Of a stretch of DNA of 64,000 bases, positions 43,660 through 54,671 are shown piece after piece. Origin of the DNA: Cyanophora paradoxa CCMP329 (taxonomy: Eukaryota > Plantae > Glaucophyta); contig QPMI01000478.1 of the NCBI GenBank assembly GCA_004431415.1, positions 62,001-126,000 of the forward strand, written 5' to 3'. The notes beneath the pieces were generated by a model, which was not told the DNA's origin, searched no databases, and worked only from the letters and a program-made list of their open reading frames with translations. The first letter of the stretch is position 1. The number at the start of each line of letters is the position of its first letter. The translations under genes and the position numbers were made by a program.

Positions 43660-43708
43660 CGCGGGACCGAATTGAGGGAGGGTTGAGAAAAAATACCGCC
43701 TCGAGGCC

Positions 43709-46700
43709 TCAGCGGTGCAGGTGCCGGAAGCGCGCGTTGTCCTCGGCCTCCTCGCGCTCCGCCTGCTCCTCCGCCGCGTCGATCTCCGCCCGCGAGGCCT
43801 CCAGCGTCGCCCGCCGCGCGTAGGACTGCGGGACGGCCACGCGCCGGTAGGGCTGGGCGAGGGTCTTCGCCATCTCCACGGTCTCCGCCTCGAACGCCCG
43901 CCAAGTCTCCGAGGCATCCGCGCCGGAGATCTGGCCGGCGCGGAAGCCCGCCTCCAGCTCGGCGCGGAAGGCGAGGGTGCGCTGCAGGCGCTGGGCCCAG
44001 AGGGCCTGGCGCCGCGCCTCCGCCTCGCGTGCCTGGCGCGCCGCCAGCGCCTGCCGCTCGGCCTCCTGCTGGGCCCCGAAGCCCTGGATCGCGGAGAGGA
44101 CGGCGCCGGGGCCGGGGACGGGGCTGGGGCCGTCGGCGCTCACGGAGGAGGCCGAGCTCCCGTAGCCGCTCGGGCCCGCGCCGCCGTTCGCCGGGGTACC
44201 CTGCCCTTGGATCAGGAGGGGGGCGAGGGGAGGGGGGGTACAGGGAAGGCGGGGGGTACGCGGGGCCGGACCTGGCGCGGCAGCATCTCGTCGATGCGCT
44301 GCTGGCCGGGGCGCTGCTGGGGGGCCGTGGCGGGGGGCTGGGGCGGGAGGAAGGCCGGCGCCGAGTTGCGGGTGCGCTTGCCCTTGCCCTTGGTGTTGGG
44401 CTTGACGAGGAAGGGCCCGACGTCGGCCACCGGGTCCTTGAACTGGGCGACGGGGATCGCGATCGCCTCCAGCGCCGGCTGGCTCTCGCCGAGGGAGAGC
44501 GGGGCCTTGGGGACGATGCCGCGGATGTAGGTCTGCCAGATGCCGCCGAGCTTGTAGGAGTAGAGGCGGCACCAGGGGCCGAAGCCGGCGAGGGTCTCGT
44601 CCAGCCTGCCGTTCTCGATGTCGGCGCCGACGGCGGCGGAGGTGTCCGGGCCCTCCGTGCGCGCGATGTACTCGACGATGCCCGCGACGCTCGTCATGTA
44701 GCCCTCCGTGTTCGGGGCGGCGCCGTAGGTGGTGGGGTCGACGGCGCAGTGGGTGATGATGAAGCGGGTGAGGGGGCAGGAGGCCGTCTCCTGCCAGAAG
44801 CCGAGGCGCTGCGCCCGCAACCACGCCGGCTCGAAGGCCTGGATGCAGGAGGCCTTGCCGTCGGAGAGCGCGTGGATGATCTTCCACGCGAAGGTGAAGG
44901 CCGCGACCATGAGCGCCGGCAGCTCGTTCTCGCGGATGTCGGAGTGGAGGTAGGTGCGCTTCTTGGCCGGCTTGTGGTCGAGGGGGATCAGGACGACGCG
45001 GGCGAAGAACTCGAGCATGCGGTTCTCGAGCTGCGCCGGGGCAAGTGAGAAAGGGCGCCGGGGAAGGGGAAGGGGGCAGGGGAACGGGCGCACCTGCGGG
45101 AAGCTGTTGCAGACGATGACAAGCACCTTGCGCGTCGCCTTGGTGCGCACATCGTCGCCGCGGACGTTCTTGAAGTTGCGGGAGTAGGCGTCGCCGGAGC
45201 GCATCTTGAGCTCCTCCTCCGAGCAGGCCTTAGGGTCGAGGCCCTCCGCCATCACCATGCAGATCGCCTCCTCGCCGCCGTGCTCCGAGAAGGCCGAGCC
45301 CTTGGAGGGGCGGTAGACGCAGACGCGGCCCGGCGGCAGGCACTCCGTCATGATCTGCGTCACCATCGACTTGCCTGCGCGCGCGGGGTCTCAGGAAAAG
45401 GAAGAGGGAAAGGCGGGGGCGGGGCGCACCCGTGCCCGACTGGCCCTTGATGATGCCGCAGTACTGCAGCATGGCGCCCTCGGACGGCGGCTCGATCTCC
45501 GCGCGCGGCTCCCGGTCGAAGACGGGCTTGTCGCAGAAGTTCCACGGCCCGACGAGGTTGAAGGCGTAGAGGACGGCCGCCGCGTAGCCGAACTCGTCGG
45601 CCGTCACGTAGCCGTTGTCCGCCAGGTGCTTGACGACGTTGGGCATGAAGGGGTGCAGCATGCCGTACACGGCGGGCCAGTCGCACGTCTCGGCCGCCTC
45701 CTCGATGCCCGCGGGCAGGCGCCCCTGGATGTAGCAGGTGTTCATGTAGCCCGCGTACCGCTCCCGTGCCTCCTCGTGCGACATGACGAGGGTGCAGGCG
45801 CTGCCCGTGCTGTCCTGCGGCGCCCGCACCACGAAATCTGCGCAAGGGGCGTCGGCGGGGGTACGGGGCGGGGCGCAGGGGTACGGGCGGCGCACGCGTG
45901 TCGCAGGCAAAGGCGAAGCCGGGGATGACGGGCATCTCGGGGCAGACGTCCTCGAGCTGGAGGGACTCCTCCACGAACGTGCGCGTCCGCCCCGAGAGCA
46001 CCTCCTTCGAGAAGGTGAACTCGAAGGAGCCGGGGCTGGACTCGTAGGTCTTGTGGAAGGTCATCGCCAGCAGCTGGATGACCTCCTTCATCGTCCCGCG
46101 CCCGGCGTGCCTGTTCGCGCTGACCTTGTCGTACACGAAGAGGTTCGGGAGCTCGACGTAGAAGGTGGGCGGGGAGTTCGGGCCGTAGGGTCTCTGGCGC
46201 ACGATCCGCTGCGCCGGCAAAAGGGGGTTAGCGGGGTTCGAACGCGGGGAGGGGGGCGCACCGGCCGAAGGCGGCTCGGACCCAGCGCCTTAAGCAGCTG
46301 GGCCACGGCCGCCTCCGGCCTCTAAAGGGGCGGGGCGCGCAGCTAAGGGGGGCGGGGCGCACGTTGTTCTTGACGAAGAGGCGGAGCGCATCCTGAATGG
46401 CCGCCTCCTTCTTGGACTTGTTGTCCTTGCTGTACGTTGTCACGTCATCGTACTTGGACATGTCGATCTCGGGCGCCTCGCGCGGCTGCGCCGCCAGCTC
46501 CGCCCGCGCCAGCTCCAGCCTGGTGGCGCGCGGCGGCTCGCCGTCGCTCTCCGACGCCTGGCCGTCGTCGTGGTCCGCCTCCGCCTCCGCCCGCTGATCG
46601 CGCAGCAGCTGCCGCTCGCGCTCGCGCCGCTGCTGGGCCCGGCGGGAGAGGCGGCCGGCGCGGGGGCCGGAGGGGGCGGAGGGGCATGTGGCCGAGGGAG

Positions 46701-48948
46701 GAGACGGGCGTGGCGACGGGCGTGCCCCGCGGCGGCGAGGGGATGGGGAGGGCGAGGGGGTACCCTGGACGGAGGGCGGCGGGCGCTGCGAGCGCTGCGA
46801 GCGCTGCGACGGCGGGACGGGGCTGAAGGCCGAGGGGTTGCCGCTCGGGCGCCAGGAGACGTCGGAGGCGGCGGGGCTGGCGGGGGGCACGGGGGCGGGC
46901 GGGCGGCGGGGGGAGACGAGGGGCGGCCTGGGGCCAGCGTCGCCGGGCTCGTCGTCCGAGAACTCCTCCACGGGCGGCGGCGGGGCGTACTCGAGGGAGG
47001 GGGAGGGCGGGAGGGGGTAGAACTCGTCGACGGGGGGCTCGGGCTCGAAGGTGTCCCCCGCCGCCGCCGCCGCCAGCTCGGCGTCGGCCTCGCCCTCGCG
47101 CTCGCGCTCGCGCTCCAGCTCCATCGCGTACTCCTCCGCCACCTCCAGCTCGCGCGCCGCCTTCGCGTCCGCCGCCGCCGCCAGCGCGGCCTCCTCCTCC
47201 ATCTCGCGCTCGGCCTCCAGCTCCTCCTCTGTGGGCAGGGTCATTCCTTTGCGGCGCCGGAACGCCCTAGGCTCAGAATTTTGGGGTGGGGAGGGCGCAC
47301 CGGCCGGCTCGGGGCCGGCCGCCTTGGGGGCCGCCGCCTCCATCTGCTCGCCGAGATCGCGCCGCGCCGCCGGGGCGGGCGCGTCCTCCTTCTCGAACTT
47401 GAGGTTGATGTAGGCGACCTTGCCCTTGCCCTTGCCCTTCGCCTGGGCCTGGGCCTGGGCCACGCGCATGGCGCGCGCGAGGCCCTCCGCCGTGATCTTG
47501 CTAACTCCGGCCCCGTCGCCGGAGGCGGAGGCCGTCGCCTCGCCGATCGCCGCCTGGAAGGCCGCGGCCATCGCCCGGCCGGCGCGCGGCAGGCTCCGCG
47601 CCCGCTCGAGCTCCTCCTCCGTGAAGTCCAGCGCCCGGGCCGCGGCGGCGGCCTCGGCGTCGCGCTCCTCCTCGGAATCCGAGCCGGAATCCGAGGACTC
47701 CGTGGCCGCGAGCATGGGGCGGGGGCGGGAGGCGGCGGCGGCGGCGGCGGCCGCCGCCTTGTCGAAGACGGGGACGAAGAAGGCGAGGGCGAGGGTGCGC
47801 CGCGGCACCACGTACTTGACGGCGCCGTGGATCATGGGGCGCCCGTACGAGTCCGGCATCGAGCACCGCCGGATGACCTGCGAGGGGGTTTAAATGGCAT
47901 CTAAATAGTCTAAATAGCATCTAAATAGCATCCAAATAGAAACGGCGCACCTGCACGCGGTCGCCGATGGTGACGCCGGGCACCTCGAACTCCGGAACCA
48001 GGTCGAAGGCGCAGATGCCCTGGCGCCCGTGGCGGTCCCGGCACGTCCGGCAGGCCGCCTCCAGCACGATGCGGATGGCGTAGGCGTCGGTGAGGACGCC
48101 GGTGTCCGGCCGCTCGCCCAGACCGCCGAGCTCTCGTGGCGCGTGATGAAGTCGCGGCTGTTCTTCTTGATGCAGCGCACCTCGATGCCCATGATGCCCT
48201 TCGCCAGCATCTGCGGGCCGGCGGGGGTCGGCGGGGAGGGGCGGTCGCGGCTGCACGGGCGGCTGGGGCGCACCTCGGGCTTGTAGGCCGGGTCCGAGCT
48301 GAGCACCAGCAGCCAGAGCAGGTGCCCGGCCGCCTCCGCCATGCGGTTGAAGTAGAACTCCTCCGGGCCCGTCAGCAGGCCAATCGTGCGCCACTCGCCC
48401 TTGGCGATGTGCCGGGGCACGGCGCCCATGAGCAGCCGCAGGCGCTGCGCCGCGAACAGCCGGCGGGCGTCGGCATCGCGCCCGGGCTTCGGCTTGCTCG
48501 GCGTGTCGAAGTTCTCCTCCGTCATGTTCAGCGCCGCGTGCATCGCCCGCACGTCCGCGTCCTGCGATGCGCCGCGGCGCCTCAGCCGCTGCGAGCGCAG
48601 AGAGAAAGAGGCAGCGAGCACCTCCGCGAGCCGCAGCCGCGACAGGACGGAGTCGATGGAGAACTGCACCGACGGGCCGGGGGCACCCTCGGCGTTCAAA
48701 GTCTGCGCCGCGGCCAGCTTGCGCTTGCGCTCGGCCAGCTCGGTCTTGCGCAGCACATCCTTGCTGTTCGGGCTGAACTGCATGCCGTCCTCCAGCGCCC
48801 GGGCCTGCGCCTCCTTTGCCTGGTCGCTGATGCCGGCCTCGAAAACCGTCCAATCGATGCCGAAGCTGTCGCCGATGCAGAGAACGTCGTACAGCGTGTT
48901 CCTCGCCAGCTTAGCCGGGATCTCCGGAGGGAGCGCGAGCCGAGACAT
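43709..48948 (-). CDS. Multi-exon gene for a large replication protein with a superfamily 3 (D5-like) helicase domain
   Basis: Splicing 45375-45429 restores Walker A GQSGTGKS; Walker B MVMAE, ELKMRSGD, motif C VIVCN, RVVLIP; about 9 short GT-AG introns; continuity of the 5' half is inferred. Confidence 0.75.
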
Positions 48949-49246
48949 GCTGCCGCCGCTGCTGCTGCTGCCGCCGCTGCTGCGAGTGCTGCGCGCGGGC
49001 TGCGAAGGCTTTGGCGCCAAGTTTCCAGCTGGTTTGAACGAGCGGCTTGCATTGCATCGCCAGAGAGAAAAAGCGAGAAACCGACGGGGGGTTGCAGCCT
49101 GGGGGGGTACGCGACGCGGACGGGGGGAGAAGCGCGCTTCAAGTCTGAGTCTTCGCGAATTAGGGGGGGGGGCAAGCCAGTGCGGGGTACGACCCGTGAA
49201 CGGAATCCGTTGGAGGTGTTGCACTTCACTGGCAGTAACAACCACC

Positions 49247-52022
49247 ATGCAGGCGGCGACCTTCCGCTCCTGCGCGAAGCAGCAGCAGCCCGGCGAGCAG
49301 GACAGCATAGCCCGCGATCTCGGCAGCCTATCGGCGGAGGAGGCGCTCAACGCGATGACCTACGATAGCGTGTTCAACTCGGCCGGCGTGCCGCGCTTCG
49401 AGCCGTTCGGCGGGCTGAAGAAGATCCAGAACACGGACGGCCACCCGAAGCACTTGAAGACCAAGGGCCAGTTCACGCCGGTTAATAAGTTCAACGAGGT
49501 TCGCGGTTTCGCCCGCACCGCTTCGGCCCCGGCTCACATGCCCCGGCTCGCGTGCCCCGCGCGCAGATCGTGCCTCACAGCATTCACGAGCTGCCGGAGT
49601 ATGTGAAGGCGAAGTACGGCTTCACGCACGGCGATGTGGCGCTGTTGCTGATGTCCGACAATGCGGCGGCGGGCTGCTTCAACAGCATCGCGCTCCATCG
49701 CGATTTCCATCCGCGCGCGATCTTCTCCGGCACTCCGGAGCAGAAGGAGTTCCTCGCGGACCTCAAATCCGGCAGCGGCGGCGCCCACGGGGTGAGGGCC
49801 CTTCCTGCGCTCGCGTGCCCGCGCTTGCTCACGCCCGGGCCGCCGCAGCTCTTGATCGCGCGGGATCAGTGCCTGGCGTCGGTGACGGAGAAGGAGAAGG
49901 CCAGCCCGTCCGGCCTCGGCGTTCGGTGCGATTACGTCATCGTCACCAAGCGCATCAACCCGACGTACGCCAAGAAGTACGACCTCAACTTCGTCTACGT
50001 GAAGGAGGGGCCGCCGGCCTCGCAGTACACCGTCACCGTCCAGGCCGGCATCTGCGCCGGCGAGACCACCAACGGCGCGTACCACGGCGTCGGCACGCTC
50101 CCGTCCGGCGGCTTCTTCGACGTCGTTGATCACATGTTCCTCTCCTGCGCCGATGACATTTACGTGCGCGAGAGCCCGCCCTTTCCCTTTCCCCTGCCCT
50201 GCGCGCGCTAAGGTCGCGTCCGCAGGTCGGAGAGAACCCGAGCGCGGAGAGCCCGCTGGGCTACGCGTACTGGCTGGTCAGCGTGCAGAAGGTGCTCTCC
50301 TGCGCGGCCCTTCGGAAGTACGCCAGCGTCTGCGACTCCGGCATGCGGCCCCAGCTCCAGCTTCTCGTGGATCAGGGCCGGAGCGACGAGACCCGCCAGC
50401 GCCACCGCGATCTCGCGCGGGCGGCCGTGCTGAAGCTGGAGGAGGTTCTGCGCGAGGGCCACCCAAACGGGCCGGCCCGCGCCCGTGAGATCCTCTCGGC
50501 GGCCATCTCCGTGATCGTCGGCGAGCTCTCGCACACGGTCCGCCGCCGCCCCGCTTAGCCCGCCTCTCCTCCCTGACCCGGGCCCTCGGAGCGCAGGAGG
50601 AGTCGGACGTTCTCACGGCGCGGGCGGACGAGTTCCAGCGCCAGGCGGAGAAGATCAAGTGCTGGTACGAGAAGGTGAAGAAGGCGGAGGAGACGGACCT
50701 GCGCGACTGGGGCAGCAAGAGCGGCGACGCCGAATTCGACCGCGACAAGCTCAAGCGCGTCTTCTACTGGATGCGCATCTGCGCCAAGCTGGAGGCGCTG
50801 ATGGACGAGTGGCACATCGAGGGCGTCCGTCTGGCGAAGGCGATGATCGCCATGGAGTGGGGCCACGGCCACCCGGCGCGCAAGGAGTGCAGCATGCTGG
50901 CCAAGGAGATCGGCCGCCGGGGCCGCTACATCAAGGAGGTGGCCTACGGCATCGAATGTGCGTCCGCCCGCCCTTGGCCTGCGCCCCGCCCTTGGCCTGC
51001 GCCCCGCGCTCTCCCCGCTCACCCCCTCTCCCGCAGTTACCATCCCGCTCGTCCAATTCTTCCAGCGCGAGTTTGTGCTGATCCAGGCCTCCATCATCAA
51101 GATCGGGTCGCTCTCCGCCAAGGAGGTGGACGAGGCAAGGGACGAGGGCCAGGCGGAGGCGGAGGCGCGCTGGGACGATGCGGCGTTCAGCGCCGTCTGG
51201 GGCGTCGGGGACAACGCGCTCTCGCCCCCCGCCCCGTTCGGCTTCAGCGGGCGGCCCGCGCTGGCGTTCGACGAGCACGGCCTCCCCGAGCTGGCGGACT
51301 GGGACGTCGAGGCGCCGGTGCCCGCGCCCTTCCCCCTTCCTCTCCTCCTCGGCCCCTCTCACCGCCTCCTCCAGCCCCCGGCGTCCTCGGCTCCGGCGTC
51401 CTTGGCTCCGGCGTCCTCGGCCCGGCCCTCTGCCCACCTACGGAGAGAGGTGTGCCCACCGCGCCGATTGCGCCCTCAACGGCTCCCACCTCCTGCCCGC
51501 CAAGAAGGCCCGCCTCGGCCTCTTCTCACCCCACCCTCTCAGCCCGGTGAGTGACTCTGAATCGGAGGGCTCGGAGGCCTATAGCACGCCCCGCGACCCC
51601 GACGCCCCGCCCCACAAGGCCGGCGCCTTCGGCTTCTGTAAGTGACGCCCCCACGCAGGCCCTGCCGACGCCGCCCGTCGCCAACCGCGAGCCCCTCGTC
51701 CAGGTGAGTGCCCGGGCTGCCGCGAGTGGCGGCTCGAGAACTTCTCGGCTCAGGTCCCGCCACGCAGCAGGCCCGCGCGATCCCGGCCTCGCCGCCCGTC
51801 GTCCCCGCCGCCGTCGCCGTGGAGGGCGGCGTCTTCGACATGGAGCTGGAGCCGGCACCCTCGCAGGCCTCGCTCGCCTCGGCGCGCTCGGCGGCCCTCG
51901 CCACGCAGGGCTCGGCCGCCCCGGGCTCGCCGCCGCCGTCGCAGGCCTCGGCCGTCGCCAACTCGCCGTACGATGACATGCCGCCGGTACTCAGCCCCGA
52001 GGACGACTTCCCGGGCCACTGA
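49247..52022 (+). CDS. Multi-exon viral gene of unknown function, divergent from the helicase gene; 3' exons uncertain
   Basis: GT-AG introns at ~49499-49566, 49792-49848, 50164-50225, 50538-50596, 50958-51036 join coding-like blocks. Confidence 0.65.
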
Positions 52023-52263
52023 ACGACACTGAGACGGTGAGCGCAGGCCCGCCCCGCCCTCCGGCCCCTCTCCGAGCAAATGGTCCACAACGCCATAGTG
52101 GACGCCATGTGGGATAACAGGGGCCGCCTCCCCCACCCCTTCCGCTACGTCTCTATGGCCCTCCGCGGCCTCGCCTTCCCGCCCCCCTGCACCGAGCAGC
52201 TCAACCAAATCCTGCGCGGTCTGATTCATTACAGACTCGCCTATCCGGCCTGGGCCTGAGCCG

Positions 52264-52920
52264 CTACATCAGCGCGTACGTCTTGAATTCCCTAAGCGCT
52301 AGCTGCTCCTCGCTGAGGTTCTCTGACTTCATTCGATCGCTGTAGGGCTCGGGCGGAGTCCCCGCCTTTACGTGCATCCAAAATAGCTGTAAGCACTTCC
52401 TCATGAGCTCGATGTACCTCTCGTCGCGCCTGACGTACCACGTTTGCACGCGCAGAGGAGTGAAGCAAAAAAGTTCGGCCCACTCGCGGCCCGTTATGTC
52501 CAGCAGGCCCTGGAGCTGGGGCATGTAATAAGTTGGGACCTTTTCGTACAGTTCGCCCTTGTACGGGCATTTCACCTCTAAAATTCTATCATTTCCTATA
52601 AGTCCGTCGGGACTACCGGCGAGGAACGGCATTTCTTTATGTTCGTGCAGTCCAGTATGTTTAATGTCAACGTTATCGTTCAGTGCCTTGTAGATAGAGA
52701 CCGCGAGGGGCTCATAGTCATGCCCGTAGGTTAGGGCAGGGTTGTCAAAGTTGTTTTCCTCCGCTATGCCGCTTAGCTCCGCCCAGAGGCGGGCCCTGGA
52801 TTTCCAGGGATTTATACCACACGCAGCCGCAAAATTAGATGCAGTTAGTTTTTCACGGCGCGCCGCGTGCCACGCCGCGCTCCCCTGTTGCAAAGTCTCG
52901 CAATCTGTATCGGTATGCAT
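52264..52920 (-). CDS. YqaJ/lambda-exonuclease family PD-(D/E)xK nuclease
   Basis: QGSAAWHAARREKLTAS, GHDYEP, AGSPDG, LEVKCP, YMPQLQ. Confidence 0.93.
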   Translation of the reverse strand: MHTDTDCETLQQGSAAWHAARREKLTASNFAAACGINPWKSRARLWAELSGIAEENNFDNPALTYGHDYEPLAVSIYKALNDNVDIKHTGLHEHKEMPFLAGSPDGLIGNDRILEVKCPYKGELYEKVPTYYMPQLQGLLDITGREWAELFCFTPLRVQTWYVRRDERYIELMRKCLQLFWMHVKAGTPPEPYSDRMKSENLSEEQLALREFKTYALM

Positions 52921-52970
52921 AGCTTAGCCTCGCAGTAGCGTTTAGAATTTCTTGATGTGTGCAATTGCAA

Positions 52971-53675
52971 ATGCCCGATGACGAAGATTCGGACCCGGTC
53001 GTGCATATGGACGAAGATTCGAGCCCCGAAGAGTTCCTGACTCGTGTAAGGGGCTTGGCACATTGGATCCGAGATAAATTCAAGGAGGGGATGCGAAATC
53101 AGATAGGAATGTCGTCCTTCCCGCTAAGGGGGCTAGCCCCTGTTGCATCCCAGGGGCTGCGGGATACCGTGAGGCTCGCCCCCCCATCCTATGATCGGAA
53201 CTGGGACTTCAGCAGTGTGCTTACGTCCCTGTACGTGGCGCTGATGTCGCCTAGAAGCCGCGTGGCGCGTCTGCCGAACGAGGCCAGGTTGAAGATCATG
53301 AACTTCTTACTCGCAGGTAGAGACGGGCGCGAAGGCGATGTGATCAATGGGCTTCGAAATGAGATACAGTGGTACATGCGTACAGGCGAAGGCGGTGTCC
53401 GGCAGTACGACGGCTCACGGTACACGGAGCTCGAGATTCCACGCGAGCTCGTACCCCGGAGCTGGCAAGAGCTTCCGCCCGCCCCACCCCCGCCCCCCGC
53501 CTACGTATCCCCCTTCGACTCGAGGCCCCCCGTCAACGAGCGCAAGCGGCTGCGCGACTGGCTGCAGGACGATCGAAACCGTCTGCCGGGCGAGCCAAAG
53601 GTCGGCACTATACCCCCAGAGGAGGAGGCGTACCCCGTTTTCGAGAATAATCGCTTGACGTGGAGATGGACGTGA
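52971..53675 (+). CDS. Viral hypothetical protein, paralog of 53714-54567
   Basis: EEFLTRV...WIRDKF and RLPNEARLKIMNFL shared with the next ORF. Confidence 0.7.
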   Translation: MPDDEDSDPVVHMDEDSSPEEFLTRVRGLAHWIRDKFKEGMRNQIGMSSFPLRGLAPVASQGLRDTVRLAPPSYDRNWDFSSVLTSLYVALMSPRSRVARLPNEARLKIMNFLLAGRDGREGDVINGLRNEIQWYMRTGEGGVRQYDGSRYTELEIPRELVPRSWQELPPAPPPPPAYVSPFDSRPPVNERKRLRDWLQDDRNRLPGEPKVGTIPPEEEAYPVFENNRLTWRWT

Positions 53676-53713
53676 TTGGGGGTACAGATAGATATTCTCA
53701 GTGAGCCGCAAGC

Positions 53714-54567
53714 ATGGCGCGAACACGCGAGTCCGACGTGCTGTACAACAACGGCGACCTGGACGGGGAGATTCGTCAGCGGAACGTGGACTTGGAGGAT
53801 GCGAACGCAGTGCTGGAGGGGAGGCGCACGTCCTCAGGGGGCGGCTCGCCGGCGGAGAACTTCATGGAGCGCGTGCTGTACCTGGTGCGCTGGATTAGAG
53901 ACGAATTCCACGACGAGCGGGAGCTCCCGGACAGGGAGATGATCAGGGCCGCGGGCTTGATGGGTATGACAGAGAACCCGAGATCGTACCTGAGGCGCGA
54001 ACGCAGGGATCTGAACGGCGATTGGGCGGACCTACAAGCGCTGTGGACGGCCTTTGCGAACCGCAAGAGCCAGATCCTTGCCCTGCCCGCGCAGGTACAG
54101 CAGCGTATCATTGATTTCGTAGCCCCTGGCGCGACGAGTCCCTCCAGCAGCCATTCATGCAACCACGCTTCCTCTCCGGGCTCAGGAGCGCGTTCTTCCA
54201 CTTGGCCGTGAGCAGCGACCGGTATTTCACACCGCAGAGGATCGTTCACGGCGAATTTGGCATACCCCCCGAGTGGCTGAATTTTGCCACCGTACCCCTT
54301 CCCCACCCCGCCTCGAAGGCCCCCCTCCCTACCCCGAGCAGCGTGACTCACTCAAGCGTCAGAGGGAGGTACGTGAATGGATGGACGACACCAGCCACTG
54401 GGTACAGGGCGAGGCCGAATTACGCAAGTTCGGAAGGTTCGGGCAGTAACAGCAGGGGGTACAGCATTCAGTTAGCGCGCGAGAGGGTTAGAGGCTGGGA
54501 GGCCTGGGGGGGGGGTACGTCAGACGTGTTAGTCCCCTGCCTCCCTGAATGCAATATAACAATGTAA
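53714..54567 (+). CDS. Viral hypothetical protein, paralog of 52971-53675 (frameshift near 54140)
   Basis: ENFMERV...WIRDEF and ALPAQVQQRIIDFV; continues in ORF 54157-54567. Confidence 0.65.
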
Positions 54568-54662
54568 CCTCCGTGACGCGTGACTCATCGAACCTCCGAG
54601 GGTTAACAATGCATTGACAGCGAAAGGGCAAGCTCGAGAGCTCGACCTTTGGCAAGAGCCCA

Positions 54663-54671
54663 CCTATATAT
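54663..54671. repeat. Right copy of 9-bp direct repeat CCTATATAT
   Basis: Identical to 2822-2830. Confidence 0.65.

Larger units (their letters stand above)
2831..54662. mobile_element. Endogenous mriyavirus-like (Yaravirus-related, small Nucleocytoviricota) viral genome, ~46 kb plus a nested 5.9-kb retrotransposon
   Basis: DJR MCP, A32 ATPase, VLTF3, RuvC, two HUH endonucleases, SSB, SF3 helicase, YqaJ nuclease; dense gene packing; flanking 9-bp direct repeat; no polymerase recognised. Confidence 0.85.

Noticed and set aside
2831-54662. Polinton/Maverick, PLV or virophage
   Set aside because: No pPolB, rve integrase, cysteine protease or long TIRs seen; VLTF3, RuvC, paired HUH and NCLDV-type MCP point elsewhere
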